A stretch of DNA of 64,000 nucleotides from an uncultured Actinomycetes bacterium (GCA_963767005.1 CAVYCN010000002.1:256001-320000), one strand, 5' to 3'. Counted from the first letter of the stretch, positions 9,979-20,768 are shown. The notes: generated from the letters alone by a model not told the origin. Program-made: numbers and translations.

Positions 9979-11110
9979 GGGCTATCGCGCGAAGCGGCTG
10001 GCCGCGCGGCGCAGCCGGCGCTGGGGCGCCTACCAGAACCTGGCGCTCTACGCCCTCGCGGCCGCCGTCGCCTTCGGCGCGGTGCTGGGCGCCGTGCACC
10101 TGGCTCACTCCCTGCGCCAGCATCACGTGCTGCCGAGCGCCGCGAACTACCTCGCGCTGGTGCAGGTCGGCGGCGGCCGCGACGGCTCGCCGACGGCCGC
10201 CGTGCTCGTCAACAACGCCGCTCAGGGCACGACCACGCTCTACACGATCCCGCCCGACCTGCTGCTCACGAGCGCGAGCGGCGAGTACATGATGGCCGGC
10301 GACGTGGCGGCCGAGGACGAGCTGCCCTCGTACCTGGCACGCCTGCTCGGCGCGTCGCTCAGCTACCGGCTCCACCTCTCGTACGCCGACCTTGGCCGCC
10401 TGGCCGGAGGCGGCGCTCTCACGGTCACCGCGCCGACGCCCTTCAGCCTGCAGATGGGCAGCGTCTCCCGGCTCTTCGGGGGCAGCTTCGCGCTGCCGGC
10501 TGCTCAGCTGCGCACCGTGCTGACCGCGGCCGGCAAGGGCGACGGTGACCAGGCGAGCGCCCAGGTCGCGGTCGTGGGCGCGGTGCTGTCGGCGGCCGCC
10601 GCGGTGCCCCAGTCACGGCGCTCGGCGACGATCGACAAGCTGGCCGGCGAGCAGAAGGGCATCGCCAGAGTCGACGCCCGCGACCTGCTGCGCACGCTGG
10701 TGTCGGGGCGCGTCACGGTCGCCCGCCTGCCGTCGGTCGGGCAGGTCTCCTACGGCCAGTTCGCCTGGCGACCCGACCCGGCGGCCATCATGGCGCAGAT
10801 CACCCGCGACGCGCGGGGCTTCGTGGCGCCCTACACCGTGATCGTCGAGAACGGCTCGGGCGCCGTCGGCATCGGCCGGCTCGTGGTCGCCCAGCTCGCG
10901 AGCATGGACGTCAACCTGCCGGCCGTGCGCAACGCGAGCTCGTTCGACTACCAGGACACGCAGATCGAGGCGGGCTCGAAGGCCTTCGGGGTGGCCACGC
11001 AGGTGCGTGCTATACTCGGCCACGGCGTCGTCCTGACCGGCAGCGGGTTGCCGGCTACGACGGTGATCGTCATCGTCGGCAAGGACATCACGGCAAAGGA
11101 CCTGCAGTAG
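9965..11110 (+). CDS. Membrane-anchored LytR/CpsA/Psr-like protein with LytR_C domain
   Basis: N-terminal TM helix; degenerate TIPPD motif (family SIPRD); C-terminal VENGSG...VIVIVGKD. Confidence 0.7.
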   Translation: MPGAEGYRAKRLAARRSRRWGAYQNLALYALAAAVAFGAVLGAVHLAHSLRQHHVLPSAANYLALVQVGGGRDGSPTAAVLVNNAAQGTTTLYTIPPDLLLTSASGEYMMAGDVAAEDELPSYLARLLGASLSYRLHLSYADLGRLAGGGALTVTAPTPFSLQMGSVSRLFGGSFALPAAQLRTVLTAAGKGDGDQASAQVAVVGAVLSAAAAVPQSRRSATIDKLAGEQKGIARVDARDLLRTLVSGRVTVARLPSVGQVSYGQFAWRPDPAAIMAQITRDARGFVAPYTVIVENGSGAVGIGRLVVAQLASMDVNLPAVRNASSFDYQDTQIEAGSKAFGVATQVRAILGHGVVLTGSGLPATTVIVIVGKDITAKDLQ

Positions 11111-11157
11111 CAGCAGCCGATCAGAACGAGCGCACGCTGGACCTGGTCCGCCGGGCC

Positions 11158-11508
11158 GTGCAGCTCGCCGCCGACAAGAAGGCCCACGAGCCCGTCGTGC
11201 TCGACATGGCCGACGCGGTCGGCTACACCGACTACTTCGTCATCGTGAGCGGCGGCAGCACGCGTCAGGCCAAGGCGATCGCCGACGCCATCGTCGAGGG
11301 CCTGCGCGTCGCGGGGGCGCGGCCGGCGCGCTCCGAGGGCGAACGCGAGGCCGAGTGGATCCTGCTCGACTATCTCGACCTCGTCGTGCACATCTTCACC
11401 CCCGGGGCGCGCGACTTCTACCGGCTCGAGGCCCTCTGGCGCGACGTGCCGCGGGTCACGGTCGCCGTCGATCCCCCAGACCAAAGCAGCGCTTCGAGCA
11501 GCGGCTGA
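11158..11508 (+). CDS. rsfS: Ribosome silencing factor RsfS (true start probably upstream)
   Basis: DKKA, YTDYFVIVSG, WILLDYLDLVVHIF, RDFYRLEALW. Confidence 0.92.
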   Translation: MQLAADKKAHEPVVLDMADAVGYTDYFVIVSGGSTRQAKAIADAIVEGLRVAGARPARSEGEREAEWILLDYLDLVVHIFTPGARDFYRLEALWRDVPRVTVAVDPPDQSSASSSG

Positions 11509-11649
11509 AGCTTCGGGGCGGCGGGGGAGGGGCGGCCGGCTCCGGGACCGACCTTCCGCAGGGCTGCGCGGTCGACCCTCCGCAGCGCCCTCCACGATCG
11601 TCAACCGAGAAAGCGCCATCCGACGCTGTCACTCCTCCCCGGCCGCGGG

Positions 11650-11671
11650 TATACTACGAACGTATGTTCGT
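11650..11671 (+). promoter_or_regulatory. -10 box plus LexA (SOS) box overlapping the dinB start
   Basis: TATACT (11650-11655) followed by ACGAAC-GTAT-GTTCGT, matching the Gram-positive/actinobacterial CGAAC-N4-GTTCG box. Confidence 0.88.
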
Positions 11672-12842
11672 TTCAGCGCCGTCCATCATCCACATCGACA
11701 TGGACGCCTTCTTCGCGTCGGTCGAGCAAGCACGCCGTCCCGAGTTGCGCGGCAAGCCCGTCATCGTCGGCGGTCGGGCCGAACGGCGCAGCGTGGTGGC
11801 CACCGCCTCCTACGAAGCACGGGCCTGCGGCGTGCGCACCGCCATGCCGATCGCCCGGGCGCGGCGCCTGTGCCCGCAAGGGGTGTACCTGCCCACCGAC
11901 CTGCACGCCTACACGGCCGTGCATCGCGAGCTGCTCGAGCTGTTCGGCCGCTTCACCGACCTGGTCGAACCGGTGTCCATCGACGAAGCTGTCCTCGACG
12001 TCGCCGGCAGCCGCCGGCTCTTCGGGCCGCCACGGGCCATCGCCGGCCGCATCCAGGAGCTCGTCTACGATGAGCACGGCCTCACCTGCACGCTGGGCGT
12101 CGCCCCCAACAAGCTGCTCGCCAAGCTCGCCGCCAACCTGAACAAACCGGCCGGCATCGGCGTGCTCGACGAAGCCGACGTCCACGGCCGGCTGCGCGAC
12201 CTGCCGGTCGGCGAGCTCTACGGGGTCGGACCGGTCACGCAGGAGCGCCTGCACTCCCTCGGCCTCACCACCGTGGGCATGCTGCAAGACGTCCCCCTGT
12301 CGTTCCTCGCGGCGGCCTTCGGTCGGGGCGCGCGGCCGCTCAAGCAGCTCGCCTTCGGCCGCAGCCTGTCGTCCGTGCGGTCCGCGGCCGCGGCGCCCGC
12401 GTCCATGGGCCACGAGACCACCTTCGCCGTCGACACCGCCGAGCCCGTCGTCCTGCGGGGCGCCCTGCTCGCGCTGACCGACCAGCTCATGACGCGGCTG
12501 CGCGGGCACCACTACGCCGCCCGCACGGTGACCCTCAAGGTGCGCGACGGCTCCTTCCACACCTTCGAGCGTCACGTCACGCTGCCGCGCGCGACCACGA
12601 GCACCCGCGTCGTCTACGACGCCGTCGCCGGTCTGCTCGATGCCGTCGACCTCGGCCCCCGGCGCGTCCGCTTGCTCGGCGTCGCGGTGAGCGGCATCGT
12701 GAGCGGCGCCTGGCAGCTCACCTTCGACGACGGCTGGAAACACCTCGCCGTCGACGAGGCGGTCGACGCCGTGCGGGCCCGGTTCGGCAGCCGTGCCATC
12801 CGTCCAGCCGCCACCTGCACAGCCGGCGTGGGCTTGTGCTAG
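11664..12842 (+). CDS. dinB: DNA polymerase IV
   Basis: HIDMDAFFASVE, TASYEAR, SIDEA, NKLLAKLA. Confidence 0.94.
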   Translation: MFVSAPSIIHIDMDAFFASVEQARRPELRGKPVIVGGRAERRSVVATASYEARACGVRTAMPIARARRLCPQGVYLPTDLHAYTAVHRELLELFGRFTDLVEPVSIDEAVLDVAGSRRLFGPPRAIAGRIQELVYDEHGLTCTLGVAPNKLLAKLAANLNKPAGIGVLDEADVHGRLRDLPVGELYGVGPVTQERLHSLGLTTVGMLQDVPLSFLAAAFGRGARPLKQLAFGRSLSSVRSAAAAPASMGHETTFAVDTAEPVVLRGALLALTDQLMTRLRGHHYAARTVTLKVRDGSFHTFERHVTLPRATTSTRVVYDAVAGLLDAVDLGPRRVRLLGVAVSGIVSGAWQLTFDDGWKHLAVDEAVDAVRARFGSRAIRPAATCTAGVGLC

Positions 12843-12845
12843 ACT

Positions 12846-13007
12846 CCTGCGGTTGCGGGCACGAGTCCCGAACCTCTGAGCACCCTCCGGTCCGGTCGCG
12901 CCGGGCAGCCGCCGGGCGTTTGGCCACGCCGCCTTCAGGCGGTCGGCGGGGGTACGGGCACGAGTGCCGCCAGACGAAAGGCAGGACGTCCGGGCCCATG
13001 ACGCAGG
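12846..13007 (+). ncRNA. Candidate structured non-coding RNA (6S/Ms1-like closed rod?)
   Basis: Intergenic, after a TGC-TAGACT -10-like element; 5' and 3' ends pair (cctgcg/cgcagg, gggc/gccc, gtcc/ggac, tctg/caga). No family match established. Confidence 0.3.
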
Positions 13008-13149
13008 CACAGCCGACACGGAGGTCTGTCCCCCACGGGGGCTCATCCGGCCGCCATCCGGTCAGCATCTCGCCGCGCGCGACAGTCGACCGTCGCGCGC
13101 GTTTGCGCTGCGCCCTGGGCCCGCACGCAAGCGATCCGAGGAGACCAGC

Positions 13150-15222
13150 ATGAACGAACCCGGCAAGATCAGGAACGTCGCGCTCGTGGGCCACCGCGGC
13201 ACAGGCAAGACGTCGCTGCTCGAGGCGCTCCTGTTTCGCGCCGGCGCCATCAACCGCCTCGGCAAGATCGAGGACGGCAGCACCGTGGGCGACTGGGACG
13301 ACGACGAGAAGCGCCGCCAGCTCAGCCTCGCCTCGTCGCTCGCCCACGTCGAGCACGGCGGGCTCACCTACAACCTCATCGACACCCCCGGCGATCCGAG
13401 CTTTCAGGCCGACACGATCGGCGCGCTGCGCGTCGTCGAGACCGCCCTCGTCGTCGTCAACGCCGTGATGGGCGTCGAGGTGCAGACCGAGCGCCTCTGG
13501 TCGCGGGCCGCCGACGCCGGCCGGGCCCGAGTGCTGTTCTGCAACATGCTCGACCGCGAGCGGGCCGACTTCGATCGCTGCCTGGGCAGCCTGCGCGAGG
13601 CCTTCGGCCACGAGGTCGTGGCGGTGCAGCTTCCGATCGGCGCCGAGCACGACTTCGCCGGCGTCGTCGACGTCCTCAAGATGAAGGCCTACATGCTCGA
13701 CGGCCAGAAGGTCGTCGAGGGCGACGTGCCGGCCGACCTCGCCGATCGCGCCAAAGAGCTGCGCGACGCGCTCACCGAGGTCGTCGCCGAGTCCAGCGAC
13801 GAGCTCACCGAGAAGTTCCTCATGGAGGAGGAGATCTCAGACGACGAGCTGCAGCGCGGCTTCGCCGAAGCCGTGCGCGACGCCAAGGTGTTCCCCGTCG
13901 CCGTGGGCTCCGCCACGCATCTCGTCGGCGTCGACCTGCTGCTCGACCTGCTCGCGCTGTCGCCGTCGCCGGCGGCCGCGCCGCCGGCCGTGGCGCTCGC
14001 CGCCGACGGCGCCGAGGTCGAGTTCCCGTGCGATCCCGACGCCGCGCCGGCTGCCTTCGTGTTCAAGACGGTGGCCGACCCGTTCAGCGGCCGCATCAAC
14101 ATCTTCCGCGTCTTCAGCGGCGCTATCGGCAGCGACAGCAACCTCACGGTGGCGCGCGACGGCCACAAGGAGCGCGTCGGCGCGCTGCTCAAGCAGCAGG
14201 GCAAAGAGACCAAGCCGGCCGACAAGCTCGCGGCCGGCGATATCGGCGCCGTGGCCAAGCTCAAGGACGTCGTCACCGGCGACACGCTGTCGGCCGACGG
14301 CGCCGCCGCCTTCCCGGCCATCGGGTATCCCGCGCCGCTCATGTCGTTCGCCGTCAAGGCCAAGACCAAGGGCGACGAAGACAAGGTCGTGAGCGCCCTG
14401 CGGCGGCTCGCCGAAGAAGACCGCATGGTCCACGTGCAGCGCGACGCCCAGACCGGCGAGATGATCGTCTCGGGCATGAGCCAGGTGCACGTCGAGGTCA
14501 CGGTCGAGCGCATGAGGCGCCGCTTCAACGTCGACGTCGACCTCAAGCCGCCGCGTGTGCCCTATCGCGAGACGATCCGCGGCTCGGCCAAGGCGCAGGG
14601 CAAGCACAAAAAGCAGACCGGCGGCCGCGGCCAGTTCGCCGACACCTGGATGGAGGTCGCCCCGCTCTCCGGCGACGACGACTTCGCGTTCGTCGACAAG
14701 ATCGTCGGCGGCGCCATCCCGCGCAACTTCATCCCGGCGGTCGAGAAAGGCGTGCGGGCGGCCATGACCGAAGGCTTCCTGGCCGGCTACCCGATGGTCG
14801 GTGTCCAGGTCACCCTCTACGACGGCAAGTACCACCCGGTCGACTCGTCGGACATGGCCTTCCAGATTGCCGGCTCGATCGGCTTCAAGGCGGCCGTCGA
14901 AAAGGCCCAGCCGGTGCTGCTCGAGCCCATCATGAACGTCGAGGTCACCGTGCCCGAAGAAAACGTCGGCGACATCATCGGCGACATGAACTCGCGGCGC
15001 GGCAGGGTGCTCGGCACCACGCCGCGTGGCCACAGCAGCGTGATCGCCGTCGAAGCGCCGCTCGCCGAGATGGTGAGCTACGCGCCCGACCTCACGTCCA
15101 TGACCGGCGGGCGCGGCGACTACCACATGGAGTTCCTGCGCTACGAAGAGGTGCCGGCGCACATGGCTCAGAAGGTCATCGACGAGGCGCGCAAGGCACG
15201 CGAGGAGGCGCAGAAGAGCTAG
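13150..15222 (+). CDS. Elongation factor G paralog (EF-G II type)
   Basis: GHRGTGKT, DTPG, KKQTGGRGQF, YHPVDSS, five-domain EF-G layout; outside the str operon. Confidence 0.9.
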   Translation: MNEPGKIRNVALVGHRGTGKTSLLEALLFRAGAINRLGKIEDGSTVGDWDDDEKRRQLSLASSLAHVEHGGLTYNLIDTPGDPSFQADTIGALRVVETALVVVNAVMGVEVQTERLWSRAADAGRARVLFCNMLDRERADFDRCLGSLREAFGHEVVAVQLPIGAEHDFAGVVDVLKMKAYMLDGQKVVEGDVPADLADRAKELRDALTEVVAESSDELTEKFLMEEEISDDELQRGFAEAVRDAKVFPVAVGSATHLVGVDLLLDLLALSPSPAAAPPAVALAADGAEVEFPCDPDAAPAAFVFKTVADPFSGRINIFRVFSGAIGSDSNLTVARDGHKERVGALLKQQGKETKPADKLAAGDIGAVAKLKDVVTGDTLSADGAAAFPAIGYPAPLMSFAVKAKTKGDEDKVVSALRRLAEEDRMVHVQRDAQTGEMIVSGMSQVHVEVTVERMRRRFNVDVDLKPPRVPYRETIRGSAKAQGKHKKQTGGRGQFADTWMEVAPLSGDDDFAFVDKIVGGAIPRNFIPAVEKGVRAAMTEGFLAGYPMVGVQVTLYDGKYHPVDSSDMAFQIAGSIGFKAAVEKAQPVLLEPIMNVEVTVPEENVGDIIGDMNSRRGRVLGTTPRGHSSVIAVEAPLAEMVSYAPDLTSMTGGRGDYHMEFLRYEEVPAHMAQKVIDEARKAREEAQKS

Positions 15223-15332
15223 GGCCTCCTGCTCTTTGCCGCAATTTGCGGGTATTTTAGAGGAGTGACCGTTGGAAGCCGGTGCGGGGCTACGGTAGAA
15301 TCGACTCCTCGGGCAAACGACGGAGGTATCCC

Positions 15333-16217
15333 GTGAGCGACATCGGGACGATGCGTGTGAAGAGTGGTCTCGCCGACATGCTGAAGGGCGGCGTGATCAT
15401 GGACGTCACCAACGCCGAGCAGGCGCGGATCGCCGAAGAGGCCGGCGCCTGTGCCGTCATGGCGCTCGAGCGCGTGCCCGCCGACATCCGCCGCGACGGC
15501 GGCGTGGCGCGTATGGCCGACCCCCTCAAGGTCAAGGAGATCCAGGCGACCGTGACCATCCCGGTCATGGCCAAGGCGCGGATCGGTCACTTCGTCGAGG
15601 CCCAGATCCTCGAGGCGCTCGAGGTCGACTACATCGACGAGTCCGAGGTTCTGACGCCGGCCGACGAAGCCAACCACATCGACAAGTTCAAGTTCACGGT
15701 GCCGTTCGTGTGCGGCGCGATCGACCTCGGTCAGGCGCTGCGGCGCATCGGCGAGGGCGCCGCCATGATCCGCACCAAGGGCGAGGCCGGCACCGGCGAC
15801 GTCGTCGAGGCCGTCCGCCACATGCGCACCATCATGGGGCAGATCCGTCGTCTCACCTCCATGGACGAAGACGAGCTCTACAACGCGGCGGCCAAAGACC
15901 TGCTCGCGCCCTACGAGCTCGTGCGCTGGGTTGCCGAGCACGGCAAGCTGCCGGTCGTCAACTTCTCGGCCGGCGGCATCGCGACGCCGGCCGACGCCGC
16001 GCTCATGATGCAGCTCGGGGCCGAGGGCGTGTTCGTCGGCTCGGGCATCTTCAAGAGCGCCGACCCGGCGAGCCGCGCGGTAGCCATCGTGCGCGCCACG
16101 ACCAACTACAACGATCCCGCGGTGCTCGCCGAGGTGTCGGTGGGCCTGGGCGACGCCATGGAGGGCATCGAGGCGGCCAAGATGACCGCCGACCAGAAGA
16201 TCCAGTACCGCGGTTGA
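15333..16217 (+). CDS. pdxS: PLP synthase subunit PdxS
   Basis: [30 protein letters not shown]; GTG after GGAGG. Confidence 0.97.
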   Translation: MSDIGTMRVKSGLADMLKGGVIMDVTNAEQARIAEEAGACAVMALERVPADIRRDGGVARMADPLKVKEIQATVTIPVMAKARIGHFVEAQILEALEVDYIDESEVLTPADEANHIDKFKFTVPFVCGAIDLGQALRRIGEGAAMIRTKGEAGTGDVVEAVRHMRTIMGQIRRLTSMDEDELYNAAAKDLLAPYELVRWVAEHGKLPVVNFSAGGIATPADAALMMQLGAEGVFVGSGIFKSADPASRAVAIVRATTNYNDPAVLAEVSVGLGDAMEGIEAAKMTADQKIQYRG

Positions 16218-16951
16218 CCAAGGCGGCACCCGACATCCGCAGGCTGAGCTTCGCGCCGGGCGCCCGGCGCGACGCCATCCTGTCGCCGGCCTACGAGCAG
16301 GCCGCGCCGACCGAAGCGCCGCGCGTGGGCGTGCTCGCCTTGCAGGGCGACTTCCGTGAGCATCGCGCCACGTTCGCGCGGCTTGGCGCGGCGACCGTCG
16401 AGGTGCGCAAGCCGGCCGACCTCGAGCGGGTCGACGGCCTCGCCATCCCCGGCGGCGAGAGCACCACGATCGGCAAGCTCATGACTCACTTCGGTCTCAT
16501 CGCGCCGATCAGGGCGCGCCACGCCGCCGGCATGCCGGTGCTGGGCACCTGCGCCGGGCTCATCACCGTGGCGCGCACCATCGCCGAGGGCGACCAGCCG
16601 CTGCTCGGGCTCATCGACATCGTCGCCCGGCGCAACGCCTTCGGCCGTCAGGTGCACAGCTTCGAGGTCGACCTCGACATGCCGGCCTTCGGGCCGCCGC
16701 CGCTGCGCGCCGTGTTCATCCGCGCGCCCTGGATCGACGCCGTGGGGCCGGGCGTCGAGGTGCTCGCCTCCTTCCAGGGGCACGCCGTGGCGGCCCGTCA
16801 GGGTCACGTGCTGGTCACGGCCTTCCACCCGGAGCTGACGGGTGATACAAGGGTGCATGACGCGTTCCTCGCCATGGTGCGCGCCGCATCGAGCAAGACG
16901 GGGGCGACCGGCTCGCGCGCCGGGTCGCCGACCGAGGAGGTGGTCTCGTAG
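16214..16951 (+). CDS. pdxT: PLP synthase glutaminase PdxT (start uncertain)
   Basis: [31 protein letters not shown]. Confidence 0.93.
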   Translation: MTKAAPDIRRLSFAPGARRDAILSPAYEQAAPTEAPRVGVLALQGDFREHRATFARLGAATVEVRKPADLERVDGLAIPGGESTTIGKLMTHFGLIAPIRARHAAGMPVLGTCAGLITVARTIAEGDQPLLGLIDIVARRNAFGRQVHSFEVDLDMPAFGPPPLRAVFIRAPWIDAVGPGVEVLASFQGHAVAARQGHVLVTAFHPELTGDTRVHDAFLAMVRAASSKTGATGSRAGSPTEEVVS

Positions 16952-17700
16952 TGTCCGGGCACTCGAAGTGGTCCACGATCAAGCACAAGAAGGGCGCGGC
17001 CGATGCCAAGCGGGGCCAGCTCTTCTCAAAGCTCGCCCGCGCCATCATGGTGGCCGCCAAAGAGGGTGGTCCCGATCCGGCCGCCAACGCGACACTGGCA
17101 GCGGCCATCGAAAAGGCACGCTCCTACAGCATGCCGAAGGACAACATCGACCGGGCGATCGAGCGCGGCGCGGGCAAAGAGGGCGGCGCCTCGTTCGAGG
17201 CGATCGTCTACGAAGGCTACGGCCCGAACGGCGTGGCGGTGATCGTCGAAGCCCTCACCGACAACCGCAACCGTTCCGCGGCCGACGTGCGCAACATCTT
17301 CACTAAGCACAACGGCAGCCTCGGCGGACCGGGCTCGGTCGCCTGGATCTTCGAGCGTCGCGGCTCGCTCACAGTCGACGCCGGGCGCTTTACCGAAGAC
17401 GCCGTCATGGAGGCCGCGATCGAGGGCGGCGCCGACGACGTCACGCTCGACGGCGACACCATCCAGATCGTCACCGAGCCGAGCGCGCTGACCGCCGTGC
17501 GCGAGGCCCTCGACGCCGCGGGCATCGAGTGCGAGCAGGTCGAGCTGACCATGATCCCCAAGACCACCGTCAAGCTCGACGAAACCGACGCGCGCAAGAC
17601 CCTGCGCCTGATCGACGCGCTCGAAAGCAGCGACGACGTGCAAGAGGTCTACGCCAACTTCGACATACCCGACGAGGTCCTCGAGGCCGTCGCGGGGTAG
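16951..17700 (+). CDS. yebC: YebC/PmpR family protein
   Basis: MSGHSKWSTIKHKK, YEGYGPNG. Confidence 0.95.
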   Translation: MSGHSKWSTIKHKKGAADAKRGQLFSKLARAIMVAAKEGGPDPAANATLAAAIEKARSYSMPKDNIDRAIERGAGKEGGASFEAIVYEGYGPNGVAVIVEALTDNRNRSAADVRNIFTKHNGSLGGPGSVAWIFERRGSLTVDAGRFTEDAVMEAAIEGGADDVTLDGDTIQIVTEPSALTAVREALDAAGIECEQVELTMIPKTTVKLDETDARKTLRLIDALESSDDVQEVYANFDIPDEVLEAVAG

Positions 17701-17772
17701 CCCGCACGCGGCGCGGGGGGTCACAGCGCCCGACGGCGGCCAGCCGGCGGTCAGAGGCCGAGGGGAGAGGTC

Positions 17773-18294
17773 ATGCGACAGGAGCCAACCGACGGACGGC
17801 CCACGGTCGTCCTGGGCATCGATCCGGGCACGGCCAGCACCGGCTGGGGCGTGATCGAGCAGCAGGGCAACAAGATCCGCTCGCTCGGTCACGGCTGCAT
17901 CGTCACGTCGGCGCGTACAGAGACGCCCCTGCGGCTGCGCCAGATCCACGACGAGGTACTCAGCCTTATCGATCGCTTCCAGCCATCGGTCGTCGCGCTC
18001 GAGGAGCTCTTCGTCAACGTCAACGTGAAGACGGCGCTCGCGGTGGGCCACGCCCGTGGCGCCATCATCCTCGCCGCCGGCGAGCGCGACCTGCCTTGCG
18101 TCGACTACACGCCGCTCGCCATCAAGCAGGCCGTGACGGGTTACGGCCGGGCCAATAAGGTACAGGTCCAGGAGATGACCAAGGTGCTGCTCGCGCTGCC
18201 CCGCATCGTGCAGCCCGATCACGCCTCCGACGCCCTGGCCGTGGCGATCACTCACGTGCACACGACCGCGCTGCTCGGAGCGCTGCGCAGGTGA
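17773..18294 (+). CDS. ruvC: Holliday junction resolvase RuvC
   Basis: LGIDPG, VTGYGRANK, DHASDALAVA. Confidence 0.95.
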   Translation: MRQEPTDGRPTVVLGIDPGTASTGWGVIEQQGNKIRSLGHGCIVTSARTETPLRLRQIHDEVLSLIDRFQPSVVALEELFVNVNVKTALAVGHARGAIILAAGERDLPCVDYTPLAIKQAVTGYGRANKVQVQEMTKVLLALPRIVQPDHASDALAVAITHVHTTALLGALRR

Positions 18295-18373
18295 GAACGG
18301 CGGGCTATCGGTCCCAGCCCGATCGAGTCGCGGCCGCGACGCGCTCGGGCGCGTCCCCGCGGGGACGCACGTC

Positions 18374-18982
18374 GTGATCGTCTCGCTGCGCGGCTTCGTG
18401 GCCGACGCCGACGCCGAGCGCGTCGTGATCGAGACGGCCGGCGTCGGCTACGCGGTGCTCGTGCCCGGCCGGCTCTCGTCGGACCTGTCGCGTCGCGTCG
18501 GCGACGAGGTCTTCGTGCACACCTACCTGCACGTGCGCGACGACGCCTGGCAGCTCTTCGGCTTCGAGTCGTCGCGCGAGCGGCGCTTCTTCATCACCCT
18601 GATCGGGGTGAACGGCGTGGGCCCCAAGGTCGCCCTCGCCATCATGTCGGCCTACCCGGTCGACGACCTCGAGACCGCCGTCATGCGGGGCGACGACAAG
18701 CGCTTCGAATCCATCCCCGGCATCGGCCGCAAGCTGGCGCAGCGCCTGGTGATGGAGCTCAAGGACAAGGTCGGGGTCGAGCTCGCGGCCGGGCCGGCGC
18801 CGGCGCCCGACGGCGCCGGCCCGGCCGTCGACTCGTTCCTGCAGGCGCGGGTCGCGCTGCAGCACCTCGGCCTGCAGCTGCGCGAGGCCGAGGCGGCCCT
18901 GCAGGGCGCGCCCGACGACACCTCGGTCGAGGAGCTCGTGCGCTACGCGCTGAGCCGCAAGGTCGCCGGGGGCGAGCAATGA
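18374..18982 (+). CDS. ruvA: Holliday junction branch migration protein RuvA
   Basis: GVGY, LFGF, HhH motifs GVGPK and PGIGRK. Confidence 0.95.
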   Translation: MIVSLRGFVADADAERVVIETAGVGYAVLVPGRLSSDLSRRVGDEVFVHTYLHVRDDAWQLFGFESSRERRFFITLIGVNGVGPKVALAIMSAYPVDDLETAVMRGDDKRFESIPGIGRKLAQRLVMELKDKVGVELAAGPAPAPDGAGPAVDSFLQARVALQHLGLQLREAEAALQGAPDDTSVEELVRYALSRKVAGGEQ

Positions 18983-19045
18983 TGAGGCGCCGCGCGACAG
19001 GGGCTCCGGCGCGGGTCCGGCCCCTTGGGTGAGGATGAGCGGGGC

Positions 19046-20077
19046 GTGACCGACGACGACTCGAAACGTCTGGGCGACCCCGCCGAGCTCCCCGACGAGG
19101 GCGAGTTCGACACTTCGCTGCGGCCGCGACGCTTCGCCGACTTCGTCGGCCAGACCAGCGTCAAGGAGCAGCTCCAGATCTTCGTGCAGGCGTCGCGCAA
19201 CCGGGGCGACACGCTCGACCACGTGCTGCTGGCCGGTCCGCCCGGCCTGGGCAAGACGACGCTCGCCGGCATCATCGCCACCGAGCTCGGCGTGAGCATC
19301 CACACGACGTCGGGGCCGGCGCTCGAACGCAAGGTCGACGTCGCCGGCATCCTTACGAACCTGCAGCAGGGCGACGTGCTGTTCGTCGACGAGATCCATC
19401 GCCTGAACACCGCGATCGAAGAGGTGCTCTACCCGGCGATGGAGGACTACGAGATCGACATCATGATCGGCGAGGGCCCGGCGGCGCGCAGCATCCGGTT
19501 GTCGGTGCCGCCCTTCACGCTGATCGGCGCGACGACGCGCAGCGGCCTTCTGACCACGCCGCTGCGCGACCGTTTCGGTGTGACCCAGCGCCTCGAGTAC
19601 TACACCGAACCCGAGCTCGCCGCGATCGTGCGGCGGTCGGCCGGCATCCTCGGCGTCGCGCTCGACGACGAGTCGGCGGTACAGCTCGCCGCCCGCTCGC
19701 GCGGCACGCCGCGCGTGGCCAACCGCCTGCTGCGCCGCGTGCGCGACTTCGCCGAGGTGCGCCACGAGGGCGCCATCGACGTCGAGATCTGCCTGGCCGC
19801 CCTCGAGCTCTTCCAGGTCGACCACGAGGGCCTCGACAAGCTCGACCGCGACATCCTGCTCACCATCGTGCACAAGTTCGACGGCGGCCCCGTGGGCCTC
19901 GACACGCTCGCCGTCGCGCTCGGCGAAGAGGCCGACACGCTGATGGACGTCTACGAGCCCTACCTCATCATGCGCGGCTTTCTCAAGCGCACGCCGCGCG
20001 GCCGGATGGTCACTTCGTCGGGCTTCCGTCACTGCGGCCTCGAGCCGCCCGCCGCGTTCGGCAAGCTCTTCGACTGA
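19046..20077 (+). CDS. ruvB: Holliday junction helicase RuvB
   Basis: [37 protein letters not shown]. Confidence 0.97.
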   Translation: MTDDDSKRLGDPAELPDEGEFDTSLRPRRFADFVGQTSVKEQLQIFVQASRNRGDTLDHVLLAGPPGLGKTTLAGIIATELGVSIHTTSGPALERKVDVAGILTNLQQGDVLFVDEIHRLNTAIEEVLYPAMEDYEIDIMIGEGPAARSIRLSVPPFTLIGATTRSGLLTTPLRDRFGVTQRLEYYTEPELAAIVRRSAGILGVALDDESAVQLAARSRGTPRVANRLLRRVRDFAEVRHEGAIDVEICLAALELFQVDHEGLDKLDRDILLTIVHKFDGGPVGLDTLAVALGEEADTLMDVYEPYLIMRGFLKRTPRGRMVTSSGFRHCGLEPPAAFGKLFD

Positions 20078-20177
20078 AGGAGAGCGACGACCGCGTGCGC
20101 CGCGCCCGCGCGCCCGGCGGCCGCCGAGCCCGGCGCCGCGAACGTCGTCGCGGCGCGGCCCGCCGCGACCGCCCGCG

Positions 20178-20193
20178 TATAATCGCCGGCATG
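20178..20193 (+). promoter_or_regulatory. -10 box for a probably leaderless queH transcript
   Basis: TATAAT at 20178-20183, 7 nt before ATG 20191; no Shine-Dalgarno. Confidence 0.6.
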
Positions 20194-20768
20194 GAGCGCG
20201 TCCTCATGCACGCCTGCTGCGGTCCCTGTAGCACCGTCGCCGTGCCGTACCTGCGGGCCGAGGGGCTCGAGCCCCTCGCCTTCTTCGCCAACCCCAACGT
20301 GCAGCCGCCCGACGAGCACGAGCGCCGGCTCGGCGCCATGCGCCGCTACGCGGCCGCCGCCGAGCTCGAGCTCGTGATCGACCCGGGCGCCGGCGTGCGC
20401 GAGTGGGCGGCGGGGGCGGGGCGCACGGCCGCGCGCCCCGCCCCCGACTCGCGTGAGCGCTGCCGGCAGTGCCTCGAGACGCGCCTCTCCGAGGCGGCCC
20501 ATGCCGCCGCCGCCCGCGACATCGGCCTGTTCTCGACGTCGCTCAGCGTGAGCCCCTGGCAGCATCACGACCTGATCGCGCGGGCGGGCCTCGCGGCGGC
20601 CGCGGCCGCCGGGGTCGAGTTCGTCTATGCCGACCTGCGCCGCGCCTACCCGCGCAGCATCGACGAGAGCCGCCGCCTCGGCCTCTACCGGCAGCGCTGG
20701 TGCGGCTGCGTGGCGGGGCGCTGGGATGCCTGGCACGAGCGCCGGGCGCGGCGCCGAGCGCCCGCTGC

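Noticed and set aside
15223-15300. Possible tRNA-Pyl (CTCTAAA on the minus strand near 15256-15262)
   Set aside because: The flanks do not form an anticodon stem or cloverleaf; it is more likely part of the pdxS promoter region. No pyl genes were recognised in the window.
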